A DNA stretch of 64,000 nt from Longimicrobiales bacterium (lineage in GTDB: Bacteria > Gemmatimonadota > Gemmatimonadetes > Longimicrobiales > Gaopeijiaceae). The position numbers and the translations under genes are program-made. Each line of letters opens with the position of its first letter. The stretch's first letter is position 1. Below, piece by piece: positions 40,037-50,509 of this stretch. The notes beneath the pieces are model-generated. The model was not told the origin of the DNA and did not search any database. It worked only from the letters and a program-made list of their open reading frames with translations. Location of the stretch: NCBI GenBank assembly GCA_965219445.1, contig CBDCNQ010000005.1, positions 928,001 through 992,000 of the forward strand, in the 5' to 3' direction.

Positions 40037-42295
40037 ATGGCCAGACTCGCTGAAGCCGCCCCAATTCTAGAGGCCGCCGAGCAGTGGAAGAACGATTGCC
40101 TCCTAGGGGGCGGCTCGGTGTTTTCAGATAAATCCCTCTGGACCCGCCCCAATTTCGAAGCCCTGAATCGCTTCTATGTAAACAACCTCGATGAGGGTGA
40201 AGGCGATTTTTTCGGCAAGCTGAAGAAGCAGCTGGAACCGGCACCCGCTGGGGCGAAGCAACTCGCGGCAGAGTTGTTTTGGGTGATGTACCTGATAGTC
40301 CATGAGTCTGGGGCGCGTTCTGAGACGAAGCGCTTCCAGATCAAGAAGGTCTGGGAGTGGTCCGGAGAGCCCCTGCCTCAGGATCACCCCGCCCTCGGAG
40401 ACCTCCTCGCGGCGGGAGTCTCCCGTCCCGGGACCGCATACAATACGCACCGGTGGCGAGAGCTCGTTTTCTTTGTCACGACGATGTGCGATTGGGTGGC
40501 GCTCGACCCCTCCCAACAGGCGGAGTTACTGGCCGATCCTTGGAAATATGCGGACTGGCTCGAGACGCGGGATTTCGCCCCCGGCCGTCAACTTCGCCAT
40601 GTTTTGCTCTTCCTCCTCTTCCCGGATCAGTTCGATCGAATCCTGACGACGTCACAAAAGCAGCAGGTCGTCCGGAAATTCACCGCAACATGGGGCGAGG
40701 CGCCGGACTTCGACTATTCCGACCGGGTGGCTCTAGACCGCGCAGTCCTGGCTGTGCGGGAGCGACTCGAAGCCTCAAGTGAAGGCGAGGAGGTGGACTT
40801 CTATCGAGCCCCTGTGGTCGAGGTCTGGCAGGAGCCGAAGGAACCTCGTCAGGAAGAGCCCGAGGATCCAGGCCCTCCTTTACTGCCACAGGACCAAGCC
40901 GAGGCCTGGTTCCAGGAGCGCTTTGGGAACATTCGCGTCTGGGCCTTGAGCCCTGGTGAGGGGGGGCGCATGTGGCCGGATTGCCTCCAATCGAGCATTG
41001 CGGCGATCGGCTGGGATGACTTGGGAGATTTGAGCGAGTACGACTCCAAGGATGCGATCCTCAGCGCGCTTGCAGGCGAGGATGGAGATTCGAGGCCGAT
41101 CATGGGTGCCCTCGCAAATTGGCAGTTCAGCCACGAAATATCCCGCGGCGACCTCGTCATCGCCAAACAGGGTCGGTCGAAGATCTTGGGGTGGGGCCTT
41201 GTGACCGGAGAATACCTCTATGAGCCCGACCGAGCCGAGTATCAACACACTCGCCGCGTCGACTGGGAGCTGACAGGGGCCTGGAACATTCCTAGAAAGC
41301 GAGGCATCACGACCAAGACCTTAACCGAGTTTACGGAATACAAGCCCTGGATCCGGTGGGCCTTTGATCGTATGGAAGGAAAGGACGGCGGAACGGTTGA
41401 CCCCCCAGTTGGATCCGACCCGCCGTATACGCTTGAGACTGCTCTGAAGGGCCTCTTCCTTCCACCAGGACAGTTCTCCCAGATCCTCGATACCTTCAGT
41501 CGTCGGAAGAACTTGATCCTCCAGGGCCCTCCCGGTGTGGGCAAGACGTACATTGCCAAGCGTGTTGCGTGGAGCCTAATCGGCCGCAAGGATCGGACTG
41601 CGGTTCAAATGGTCCAGTTTCATCAGTCCTACGCATACGAGGATTTCATCCAAGGCTGGCGTCCGACGGACACAGGTGGATTCACCCTCCGTGAAGGGGT
41701 GTTCTACAAGTTTTGCAAGCGTGCGGAGGAGCATCCCGATCGGTCTTTCGTCTTCATCATTGACGAGATTAACCGAGGGAATCTGTCTCGGATTTTCGGC
41801 GAACTGCTCATGCTCATAGAACCGGACAAGCGCGGGGAGGAACACGCGATTCCTCTGACCTACTCCGAACCTGGAGAGAACTTCTCGGTCCCGGACAACG
41901 TTCACATTCTCGGAATGATGAACACTGCGGACCGCTCCCTGGCCATGGTCGATTATGCGCTCCGCCGTCGGTTCGGGTTCGTCACGTTGGATCCGGGCTT
42001 CGGCGGTGAGCTATTCCCACCGTTCCTCCTCGCGGAAGAAGTCCCTGAGGCGGTGGTCGAGCTGATCGACAAACGAATGCTCGCTCTTAATGAAGAGATC
42101 AGGAAGGACATCAAGAACCTGGGCCCGGGGTTTCAGATCGGGCACGGCTATTTCGTCCCGAGTGGGGATGAAGAGGCGCTCGACGAGGAGTGGTATAGAA
42201 GTGTGGTTCGGACTCAGATAGTGCCTCTGCTGAAAGAATACTGGTTCGATCAGCCTGCACGGGTCGATGAGTTCCGCGACATGCTACTGGCGTGA
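40037..42295 (+). CDS. mcrB: McrB-family GTPase with extended N-terminus
   Basis: GPPGVGKT, QFHQSYAYEDFI, IIDEINRG, MNTADRS, DYALRRRF. Confidence 0.93.
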   Translation: MARLAEAAPILEAAEQWKNDCLLGGGSVFSDKSLWTRPNFEALNRFYVNNLDEGEGDFFGKLKKQLEPAPAGAKQLAAELFWVMYLIVHESGARSETKRFQIKKVWEWSGEPLPQDHPALGDLLAAGVSRPGTAYNTHRWRELVFFVTTMCDWVALDPSQQAELLADPWKYADWLETRDFAPGRQLRHVLLFLLFPDQFDRILTTSQKQQVVRKFTATWGEAPDFDYSDRVALDRAVLAVRERLEASSEGEEVDFYRAPVVEVWQEPKEPRQEEPEDPGPPLLPQDQAEAWFQERFGNIRVWALSPGEGGRMWPDCLQSSIAAIGWDDLGDLSEYDSKDAILSALAGEDGDSRPIMGALANWQFSHEISRGDLVIAKQGRSKILGWGLVTGEYLYEPDRAEYQHTRRVDWELTGAWNIPRKRGITTKTLTEFTEYKPWIRWAFDRMEGKDGGTVDPPVGSDPPYTLETALKGLFLPPGQFSQILDTFSRRKNLILQGPPGVGKTYIAKRVAWSLIGRKDRTAVQMVQFHQSYAYEDFIQGWRPTDTGGFTLREGVFYKFCKRAEEHPDRSFVFIIDEINRGNLSRIFGELLMLIEPDKRGEEHAIPLTYSEPGENFSVPDNVHILGMMNTADRSLAMVDYALRRRFGFVTLDPGFGGELFPPFLLAEEVPEAVVELIDKRMLALNEEIRKDIKNLGPGFQIGHGYFVPSGDEEALDEEWYRSVVRTQIVPLLKEYWFDQPARVDEFRDMLLA

Positions 42296-43329
42296 AAATC
42301 CCGATCAAGAACGTTTATTATTTGCTCTGCTACGCATGGAGCCACGTAGAGGAGAGCGACCTTGTCGATGTCGCGGCGCTGGATGAATTCGAGCGCGTTC
42401 AGGATTTGCTGGGGACGATCCTAGCGGACGGCACTTTCCGACTTCTTCGAGTGGGCATTGATCGGGGCTATCGGGAGACCCGCGAAGATTTAGCAGGGAT
42501 TCGGGGGAAGCTTTCGGTGAGTGAGATGGCGAAGCGTGCTCTACGTGCCCGAGGTAGGGCGGCATGCATCTTTGAAGAACTCTCACACGACATTCCGCAC
42601 AATAGGATCCTTCGTTCAACACTCGCGGCCCTCCTGCGCGTCGACTCCCTCGATGTGAAAGTTCGTGCCCAGGTGGGCCTCGCGTACCGCAAGCTCGAGG
42701 GCATCAGCGTGATCCGTGTGGATGGGCAGGCGTTCCGACAGGTGCAACTCGACCGGAATCGGCAAATCTACCGGTTTCTGCTCTCGGTTTGTGAGCTGCT
42801 ACACCGGTGCCTTCTCGTGTCGGAGGACTCCGGCGACGTCCAGTTCCGTGATTTCAGAGAAGACTCGACACGTATGTGGGAGTTGTTTGAGAATTTCGTC
42901 ACAGAGTTCTACCGGCGGGAGGAGTCATCCTACAGAGTCAAAGGACAAGGGAAGATCCGCTGGTATGACCTGTGGGCGGCCTCGGATGTTGACCTAATGC
43001 GCGTGCCGGACATGAGGCCCGACGTGATGTTGGACGGTGCGGAACGCAGAATCGTGCTTGACACCAAGTTCTACGGAGAGGCCTTTGGCGGCCAATTTGG
43101 AGGCAAGCTCAGGTCTGGCCACCTTTACCAGATTATGAGTTACATGCGCAACCGGCAGGCGGTCGAACCTGCAGGTCCACACCACGAAGGCGTTCTGCTG
43201 TATCCCGTCGTAGACGAGCCGTTCGCGGTCGATGTCAGGCTTGAGGGCTTCCGTATTCAGGCCCGGGGGATCGATCTTGGACAACCCTGGAAGCAGATCC
43301 ACGAGGATATGCTGGAGGTGATCGCCTAA
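42292..43329 (+). CDS. mcrC: McrC-family nuclease
   Basis: IPIKNVYYLLCYAW, LFENFV, RPD...LDTKFY, LYQIMSY, LLYP. Confidence 0.92.
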   Translation: MKIPIKNVYYLLCYAWSHVEESDLVDVAALDEFERVQDLLGTILADGTFRLLRVGIDRGYRETREDLAGIRGKLSVSEMAKRALRARGRAACIFEELSHDIPHNRILRSTLAALLRVDSLDVKVRAQVGLAYRKLEGISVIRVDGQAFRQVQLDRNRQIYRFLLSVCELLHRCLLVSEDSGDVQFRDFREDSTRMWELFENFVTEFYRREESSYRVKGQGKIRWYDLWAASDVDLMRVPDMRPDVMLDGAERRIVLDTKFYGEAFGGQFGGKLRSGHLYQIMSYMRNRQAVEPAGPHHEGVLLYPVVDEPFAVDVRLEGFRIQARGIDLGQPWKQIHEDMLEVIA

Positions 43330-43955
43330 TGTCGTCTGAGTTGCCAGCAATGCATCCAGTGCGACGTAAGGGTTCGGAGCGATTCAGGTCGGGAGATGAG
43401 TCGCTGGACTTCAGTGTGTCCGATTTCTGGAGCTGGAGCGCATCGGATCTGGTCAGTAATACGGCACGGGGAGCGTTGGCCGAATTTATCGTCGCAAAGG
43501 CGATCGGCGCGATCTCCGAGGGCGGGGTGCGGGGAGATTGGGACCCTTGGGATCTGACCACTGAAGCGGGAATCAAGGTGGAAGTAAAGTCCTCAGCCTA
43601 TATCCAAACGTGGTATCAAGAGGAATACTCTAGACCTGTTTTCTCCATTCGGAAAAGCCTTGGTTGGAATGCGGAGACCAACGAGTTCTCAGATGTGCCT
43701 GAACGACCCGCCGACGTCTACGTCTTCGCCCTTCTAGCACACCGAGATCAGACGACTTTAGATCCCCTCGATCTCGCTCAATGGGAGTTCTTTGTTGTTC
43801 CGCGGCTTGTTCTGGACGATAGGAGCCGGAGCCAGCATTCCATTACGCTTCCGTCGTTGCGCAAGCTGTGTGATGGGCCGGTGGGGTTTGAGGGGTTGGG
43901 TGCTGTTGTTGAGCGGGCCGTCGCCCAGCCTCGGCCGGGACGGGTGACCCCCTGA
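43329..43955 (+). CDS. PD-(D/E)XK nuclease-like protein coupled to mcrC
   Basis: TAATG overlap; RGALAEFIVA, WDL...KVEVKSS, ADVYVF. Confidence 0.75.
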   Translation: MSSELPAMHPVRRKGSERFRSGDESLDFSVSDFWSWSASDLVSNTARGALAEFIVAKAIGAISEGGVRGDWDPWDLTTEAGIKVEVKSSAYIQTWYQEEYSRPVFSIRKSLGWNAETNEFSDVPERPADVYVFALLAHRDQTTLDPLDLAQWEFFVVPRLVLDDRSRSQHSITLPSLRKLCDGPVGFEGLGAVVERAVAQPRPGRVTP

Positions 43956-43980
43956 ACCCCATTCATTATTAGGGTCTTTT

Positions 43981-44110
43981 GCTGAGTTGGGCTGAGTTCG
44001 GTTCAGTGCCGTAAGTGTGTTATCCGTTGGCACTTATGTGAGGTTGGTCTTTCGCTCCGTATTTCTCTGTTCTGCCCCGTTTGGCTGAGTTGGCACACTG
44101 GTGGCACACA
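43981..44110. other. Orphan att-like site
   Basis: CGTAAGTG-N13-CACTTATG core-like IR, GCTGAGTT x3, tandem TGGCACAC x2. Confidence 0.55.
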
Positions 44111-44197
44111 AAATCGTCCGTGATTTGGGCCTTCTCGGAGGGCCATTGACTGACAGGCACACTCTTGCACCAGTACTTGAGCTGCTAACCCACCACC

Positions 44198-44755
44198 TTC
44201 GGCTATACCTACCCCAACTACGACGTCACAGCCCTCGCCGAGCAAGTTTGCACGGGATGTGGATGGGAGTTGACCCAGGTACGGTTCTACACCGGGATTC
44301 CTGATGTCGGCGATGACCCTAGGTGGCACCACTTCTGGACTCATAAGCTCGCAGCAATGGGCCGACAGGGCGTCGTCGTGTTCAGCAGGCCACTCCGGTA
44401 CGGGAACCGCACGGTTGCGCTACCAGACGGCACGCAACACTCTTTTCTGACCCGAGAAGAGAAGGGGATCGACGTGCGGATCACACTCGACGTGATTGCG
44501 CTTGCTCACCGCCGCGAATACGACGTGGCACTTGTCATGAGCCAAGATCAGGATCTCTCGGAAGTCGCCGAGGAGATCCGGACGATCGCGCGAGAGCAGC
44601 GACGGTGGATCAAAATTGCCAGCGCCTTTCCGCAGAGCCCGACCAGTCCGAACCGCAGGGGGATCAACAAGACCGACTGGATCAGGATCGACCGAGAGCT
44701 CTATGACCAGTACCTTGACCGGCGAGATTACCGCTGGCAACCCGAGGGAGCGTAG
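44198..44755 (+). pseudogene. NYN (LabA/DUF88) PIN-like nuclease, 5' truncated
   Basis: FGYTYPNYD, VRFYTG, EKGIDV, SQDQDL; N-terminal DGxN strand absent. Confidence 0.75.
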
Positions 44756-44941
44756 GGCCTTCACCTGGGAGAACTCTTCCGAGGGTGCGTGCAAGAGCGG
44801 TACAATCAGAAAAGCACCTGGCACTTTGGATGTTGGCGGACACCGGTTCATGCATGGCGGATTGGGACGCTGGTCAGGTCGATGAGTGGATCATGGCGGG
44901 GGCGCGTCTTCAGGGCGCGTCCTCGATCCTCGGGGGGACAA

Positions 44942-45259
44942 ATGGTCAAGAGAGACGAGACGCCAGAACTCATCGAGGCAAGGCAAGAAGCGGCGAAGAG
45001 TCGAGTGCGGGTCTACGTCACGCATCTCGCCGCAGCCTTCGTGTTCGGGGGCGGTGCGGTGCTGGTCGTCGTATTGGGCGCTGGATGGGTGAACGCCGGT
45101 GACGCCAACGTCATCGCCATGAAGGACGTCTTCATGACCGTCCTACCGATCGCGACCGGAGTGATCACCTACTGGTTTGCGGATCGAGCGGCGAGTAAGC
45201 GGCGCCCGGAGGAGGGTTCGCGGGACCGGGATGGCGTGCAGGATCAGGGGGACACATAG
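44942..45259 (+). CDS. Small two-TM membrane protein
   Basis: G-rich RBS, two hydrophobic helices, GVITYWF. Confidence 0.6.
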   Translation: MVKRDETPELIEARQEAAKSRVRVYVTHLAAAFVFGGGAVLVVVLGAGWVNAGDANVIAMKDVFMTVLPIATGVITYWFADRAASKRRPEEGSRDRDGVQDQGDT

Positions 45260-45348
45260 AGGAAGTGGCTGGCGCGCGTCCTCCGATAACTTGCCGCCCT
45301 AGTTTCCCCATCGGCTGGACAGCCTTCCCCGCCAGGGATCATTGGAAC

Positions 45349-45760
45349 GGGAGCGACCCCCCCAGGGGCGGTGCGAGGTTTGTGAAACCCGCACCGCCCC
45401 ACGCCATTACTAGGGCGTCAGCAGGGGGGGTCGCTCCCGTACCGGTCAGTGCCTCCCGTGCGGCGCTGACCGACCTGGCCGCGGATGCGTAAGATGCGAC
45501 CGCGCCAGCGGATAGGCAGGAAGTCCCGTGTGAATCGCCGGAGGGCCAAAGTGTGAATCGCCTCCCCACGTCGTTTTCACATCCCAGTGGTGGCATGAGA
45601 CGCAGATCGGTCATCGGAAGTGCGCCCCGGAGAGGCTGACCGTTTGCCAGGTGTTTCCGCTGTGGATCGGCCCTTGGCCAGTCTGCTGGCATGCCTGCTT
45701 CTTCAGCGCGACGCTGCGTTTCACGGCGGCCTACAAACCGCCATTCTCTCCGAGCAGCAG
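45349..45760 (-). repeat. 3' remnant of wHTH gene plus type A iteron/hairpin module
   Basis: GGL*AAVKRSVALKK...TWQTVSLSGAHFR* (stop 45611) homologous to 63760-63906; GTGTGAATCG at 45528 and 45551; hairpin 45349-45438. Confidence 0.85.
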
Positions 45761-45763
45761 AAA

Positions 45764-46468
45764 TCATTTCTGACTGCCGCTTATGCGCCTATTGAATACC
45801 GCAATCCAACTCTCGTGTTCGTCCCTTAATCCTGCCACCAATTCTTCAACTAGAGAGTCATCAATAGCTTCAGGGTGACCGTGTGCAAATCTGTTTCGGC
45901 ATTCCTGCACACGTTTGAGGATCTGAGAAACATTTGAGTAACCAAGATCGTCAAGGTCGGTCCAGTATGTCGTCGAAAATAGAACTCTATAGAGCCTATC
46001 CAAGCGAGCGCCGATCGAAGAGTAACGTTGAAGAAGGTCCTTAGTGACCGTTTTGGGTAGGGACATCGTAGTTTCACGAATAAGTCTTTTAATACGCGCC
46101 TCGAAATATGCCCAAAACACAAGAACGACAATCGCCCGAGGAGAAGGGCGGGATCCCTCGGCGATCGAATGAAAGTGGTCTGCGTCAGTAATGGGTCTGA
46201 GCCATTCTCGTTCAAGCATTTGGAGGTAGACCCAATCTTCATACCGACCTTCGCCCCCCACGAGTGCGGGTGGCACTTTGTATTCTGTGCCGTCGGGCAT
46301 TTGCACAGACGTCCACTCCAAAATTGGCATAGGCTCACCACAGGCAGGGCATTCCCCTTCTACAGTGCGGATGCCACCGCATCCGCAACGAATGTAACCG
46401 CTCCATAATGAAGCCCATGACCGCCCGTTTTCGAGTGAATCAAACCACATGGAATTGCTAGGCTGCAT
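45764..46468 (-). CDS. Zn-ribbon + HEPN-like protein
   Basis: CGC...CPAC; WAYFE helix; RNRFAH (Rx4H); low GC. Confidence 0.7.
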   Translation of the reverse strand: MQPSNSMWFDSLENGRSWASLWSGYIRCGCGGIRTVEGECPACGEPMPILEWTSVQMPDGTEYKVPPALVGGEGRYEDWVYLQMLEREWLRPITDADHFHSIAEGSRPSPRAIVVLVFWAYFEARIKRLIRETTMSLPKTVTKDLLQRYSSIGARLDRLYRVLFSTTYWTDLDDLGYSNVSQILKRVQECRNRFAHGHPEAIDDSLVEELVAGLRDEHESWIAVFNRRISGSQK

Positions 46469-46634
46469 GTGCCTTATGGGAAATGGCGGACAAACTGTAT
46501 AGCGGTATACCTGGTGCAGTGAGCACTACGGAGGAGTTTAATGCGCTGTTGTGCATTTCCCGCCCTTCTGCGTTCTTGATATCGACATTGTCGTGACGCG
46601 GGAGCCTTTGCGGCCTCGCTTATCGTCTGATCCT

Positions 46635-49600
46635 CTAGGCGTTCTCCTCCTTCTGCATCACCTCTCTTGGATCGGAGATGCGCGTAAGCCGCAGGATCGT
46701 ACCGATTCGTCGTGCCGTGTCCGTAAAATGTTGGATTTCTTCGGCTTGGAGTCCCCGCTCGAGGACCTCGAGTTCCCTGTAGGAGAGCCACTTCTTGAGC
46801 ACCTGGTAGCCGCCGAGCTTGTAGCTCCAGACAGCGGCGGGGATGTTGCGCCAGAATGCCTCCCCGTTGAGATAAACGTCGAACGTCGTGTCACCCAGGG
46901 CGGGAAGGACCTCTGACATTGCTTCCCGTTCATCAGGCGTATAGGCACGTTCCAAGGTACGACCCTGGCCAGGCATGACGGCGCTGCCCGACCCGTAGTG
47001 CCCCCATCCGGCGGTAACAGCGAAATCCTCGCCAATCATGTTGCGTTCCCCAACGGTACACGGAACAGAGATCGCGGCAATCTCGGAACGCAGGGGCGTT
47101 CGGGTGACACCAGGGATGGAGGTTTCGGGATCGAGTAAGGCGGCAAGCTGGCGCCCCCGTGCTGCTGATTCTGCAAGCGTTGCCCCTGAGCTTTCGGCCT
47201 CCCCGTCCGGCCAGCCGGGAAGCCAGATACGGGGCCATTCCATGCGCAGCGCCCCAGCGTTGGTTGCGCGGTAGCTGGGATCGTGCAGGACGGCGAGAAC
47301 ATGGTAGAACAGGTCTTCGACATCCGCGCCAAGGCGGTCGAGATAGCGTTGCGCCGTTGCCGAAAGGTTGGCGCGGCCCACATCGCGTCCTTCGGTACCT
47401 AACCCATCATCCCGCAACCAAGTTGGGAAATAACTGGAAAGCCCGTTACCGAGATTGTCGGCCATGTAGCGAAGCAAGCTTCCGCGAGAGAAATCTTCCT
47501 TGGCTTCACGCTCGCGCGCTTCGATCCAAAGATTACCTTCGAACACATGGGGCCGGTAGTCGGCCCTCTTCTCGTCAAGCAGCTTCGTGTCGCTTTCCCA
47601 ATAGAGCCAGCGGTTGTCGAATGGTCGGTACGCGAAGCGGATGAATCCAGATTCATCTGGTCCGCCGCGTCTCAGCAGCGCGTCACGCACTGCGGGGGCA
47701 TCGAAGCGCGCCGTGGACTTCATGACCCTCGGATAGCGCCGTGCGATGTCCTCATGGCTCAGCGCCGGGTCGAAGTAGCCGCCTACACGCGCGCGGAGCC
47801 GGTCAAGATCGGTGTCCACCAGAAACCCGTCGCGGCTGGTCTTGACGCCGGGAAACGAGACCGGGAACAGATCGGGGAGTGCAGGCCAATCGAACCAGTC
47901 AGCACTCACCGCTGTTTCCACAAAGGGAAGGCCCAGCGGCAACACCGGTTCGATCGTCGAGTAGAGAGCATCCGGTTCCGCCTCGGCCGTGGCAACCAAC
48001 TCCCCTGGCTTGGCCTGTCCCCAGAGATTCCGGAACGCAACCGTCTTGGCGGGCTCGTGGTCCACTTTACGCACCAGCGTCGCGATGGCGGTGCCAACCT
48101 GAATTCCAACCGGATCTCCGTCAGTGGAAAAGATGCTCGGGTCGGGCGAACCGTCCGGTGCGACCTTGCCTGTCTTGTACTTGTCGCCGTTCAGGCAGTC
48201 GATCCGGATTGCGTCAAATGCATCGAGGTAGCGCTCCCGCATACCGGTGAAGGACAAACCGTCGAGCCACGAATAGTTGGAGATGAAGCAAACCACTCCC
48301 TGTCCGGTCTTCTCCGCGATGCGCCGCTCCGCCATGCGGAAGAAGCGAACGTAGAGATCGTTCAGGCCCTGTCCTTCGGGCCGGCGCACCTGCTTGGTCG
48401 TCCGATAGGCTTCCGAAAGCTCTCGTTCCTCGTCCACCGCCACGCCGGCGAACCCGTTGTAGGGCGGGTTACCAAGGATCACCAATATCGGGGTGTCCTG
48501 CTTCACCTGCTCCGCCCGGTCGCGTTCCTCTTCAAGCTCCGGGAAGGGCAGCGGCTTGTTCACGTGCGGCTCCCATCCGGTCAGCGCATTGGTGAGGAAC
48601 ACGCCGGCACGTTCGGTTCCATCATCCGCCAGCGGCGCGTCGAGGTTCTGCATGGTCAAGCCGACCTGCAAGTGTGCGACGACGAACGGCGCGGGCATGA
48701 TCTCGAATCCGAATACCCGCTCGGTTGCTGCCTTCCTCACCGCTACGCCGGCGAGCGCACCGAGGCCCTGTTCCTCGAGGTTGGCGGCGATGCGGCGGAG
48801 CACTTCCGCTAGATAGGCCCCGGTGCCGCAGCACGGGTCCAGCACATAGACGTTTTCTGCTGCAAGCCCGTCCGGAATGCCGAGATCGTCTTTCAGCGCC
48901 CTGTCCACACGGGCCACCATGTAGCGGACCACTTCCGGCGGCGTGTACCAGACGCCCAACTGCTTGCGGAGGGCCGGGTCGAAGGCTTCGAGGAACGGCT
49001 CGTAGAAATACGGCACCGCCTCGCCCTCGTTGAACCGCGAGAAGAACTCGGCCCGGTCCACGCGGTCAAGCGCCGCCGCCGTCCAGTCCAGCACCTCGAC
49101 CAAGCCGAGCGGCTTCAACCGGCCGGGGTCGGACAGCTGCCCAAACAAGGCACGCAGCACCGGTGCCCGCAGGTGCCAAACCGACTCGCGCCACCTGAAC
49201 CGCGCCGGGTTGTAGCCGCCCGCTAACAATGGGCCGTCGCTGTTCCTCTCCTGGCGTGACCACAGCACCCACGCGGAGAAGATTCCGTAAAACAACGTTT
49301 GGATCAGCGTCGAACGGAAGAAGCGTTCCCCGCGCTCGCCCTCGAAGCGCATGCCGAGCGCTTCTTCCAGTGCTGACCGCACCGTCACGAGCGGTGGCGC
49401 GTCCCCTGCCGCCTCGACACGCGCTAGGCCGTCGCGCGCGTATGAGGCGAGCAGCCAAGCCAAGTCCTTCGGCTCGACCAGGGCGGCCCGGTGCGAGAGA
49501 GCCCGGCAAAGATACTCTCCGAGGCCCGCGCCGACGTCGCGGGCGAAGGCGCGAGGCTTCTCCAGCCTGCGCCAGAAGTCGTCCGCATTCTCCGCCAACC

Positions 49601-50039
49601 GGAAGGTTTCGAGCTTGGCCGGATCGCCCGACGCGTCCGCGCCCACCAGTACGAAGTCGCGCAGGTTCGTAACCAGCACGAGGCGGTAGCGGCCCCAGTA
49701 GCGGCTCACTTGATCCGAATTCGCGGTTAGCCAGGCATCGTCCCCAACTCCCTTCACCTCTACCACGCCACGCTCCGGGACCTGTCCGTCCCTCGGCCGG
49801 CCCTTCTGGACCTGCTTCGCCGTGTAGAGGGCATAGTCCGGATGACCGGCACCCTGATCCGCTCCCTCAAGAACGCAGAACACCTTGGGCTTGAGCCCGT
49901 GCCCGACGGCACCGAGCAGGTTTGCCAGTGCCGGGTAATAGGACCGCTCGCCGGTCCCGCCGCCAGAGGCGTGCACCCTACCCATGTCGGTGAAGTACGC
50001 CTCGACCGCAGAGATCAGCTTCTTGTTCGGACCTGTCAT
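46635..50039 (-). CDS. Single-polypeptide R-M enzyme with Type ISP-like TRD, copy 2
   Basis: Paralogue of 26782..30180 with the same catalytic motifs. Confidence 0.9.
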   Translation of the reverse strand: MTGPNKKLISAVEAYFTDMGRVHASGGGTGERSYYPALANLLGAVGHGLKPKVFCVLEGADQGAGHPDYALYTAKQVQKGRPRDGQVPERGVVEVKGVGDDAWLTANSDQVSRYWGRYRLVLVTNLRDFVLVGADASGDPAKLETFRLAENADDFWRRLEKPRAFARDVGAGLGEYLCRALSHRAALVEPKDLAWLLASYARDGLARVEAAGDAPPLVTVRSALEEALGMRFEGERGERFFRSTLIQTLFYGIFSAWVLWSRQERNSDGPLLAGGYNPARFRWRESVWHLRAPVLRALFGQLSDPGRLKPLGLVEVLDWTAAALDRVDRAEFFSRFNEGEAVPYFYEPFLEAFDPALRKQLGVWYTPPEVVRYMVARVDRALKDDLGIPDGLAAENVYVLDPCCGTGAYLAEVLRRIAANLEEQGLGALAGVAVRKAATERVFGFEIMPAPFVVAHLQVGLTMQNLDAPLADDGTERAGVFLTNALTGWEPHVNKPLPFPELEEERDRAEQVKQDTPILVILGNPPYNGFAGVAVDEERELSEAYRTTKQVRRPEGQGLNDLYVRFFRMAERRIAEKTGQGVVCFISNYSWLDGLSFTGMRERYLDAFDAIRIDCLNGDKYKTGKVAPDGSPDPSIFSTDGDPVGIQVGTAIATLVRKVDHEPAKTVAFRNLWGQAKPGELVATAEAEPDALYSTIEPVLPLGLPFVETAVSADWFDWPALPDLFPVSFPGVKTSRDGFLVDTDLDRLRARVGGYFDPALSHEDIARRYPRVMKSTARFDAPAVRDALLRRGGPDESGFIRFAYRPFDNRWLYWESDTKLLDEKRADYRPHVFEGNLWIEAREREAKEDFSRGSLLRYMADNLGNGLSSYFPTWLRDDGLGTEGRDVGRANLSATAQRYLDRLGADVEDLFYHVLAVLHDPSYRATNAGALRMEWPRIWLPGWPDGEAESSGATLAESAARGRQLAALLDPETSIPGVTRTPLRSEIAAISVPCTVGERNMIGEDFAVTAGWGHYGSGSAVMPGQGRTLERAYTPDEREAMSEVLPALGDTTFDVYLNGEAFWRNIPAAVWSYKLGGYQVLKKWLSYRELEVLERGLQAEEIQHFTDTARRIGTILRLTRISDPREVMQKEENA

Positions 50040-50176
50040 CGTGCCTTCCTGAAAGTCGGACGCGCCGCCGCCTCAGGGCGAGATCCTGTAGCTTCAGAAC
50101 ATATCACGAGGGGCGGTATTGTCTGCTCGCGTTGTCGAGCTGAAGGTACGGGGATCGGATCGCAATCGGCCGTCGC

Positions 50177-50509
50177 CTACGAAAGCGCCAAGAACGCTGC
50201 CTCCGCCTCCGCCTCGAACGCGAGAATCTCGGTTCGGCTGGATCGCAGCAAAGCCTCGATGTCGGTCGTGGTGCAGTTGCCCCGGCGGATCCAGATGACC
50301 TTCGGAGGCGGACCTCGGAGGAAGCTCACCTGATGGAAGTCCGAGTCCTTCGAGACAATGGTGAGACCGTGGTCCCGGGCGTAACGCCAGATCGCGGCGT
50401 CGGTCGCTCGGGCCAGTTCGACATCTCGAACGTGGACGGACCCCGGAAACACATCCGATATGCCAGCGACGAGACGCGGAGCAACGTTCTCGTCGAAGAG
50501 GAGCTTCAC
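50177..50509 (-). CDS. DUF5615 PIN toxin (VapC45-like)
   Basis: KLLFDENV, TDAAIW, SKDSDF, PPKVIWIRRGN. Confidence 0.88.
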   Translation of the reverse strand: MKLLFDENVAPRLVAGISDVFPGSVHVRDVELARATDAAIWRYARDHGLTIVSKDSDFHQVSFLRGPPPKVIWIRRGNCTTTDIEALLRSSRTEILAFEAEAEAAFLALS

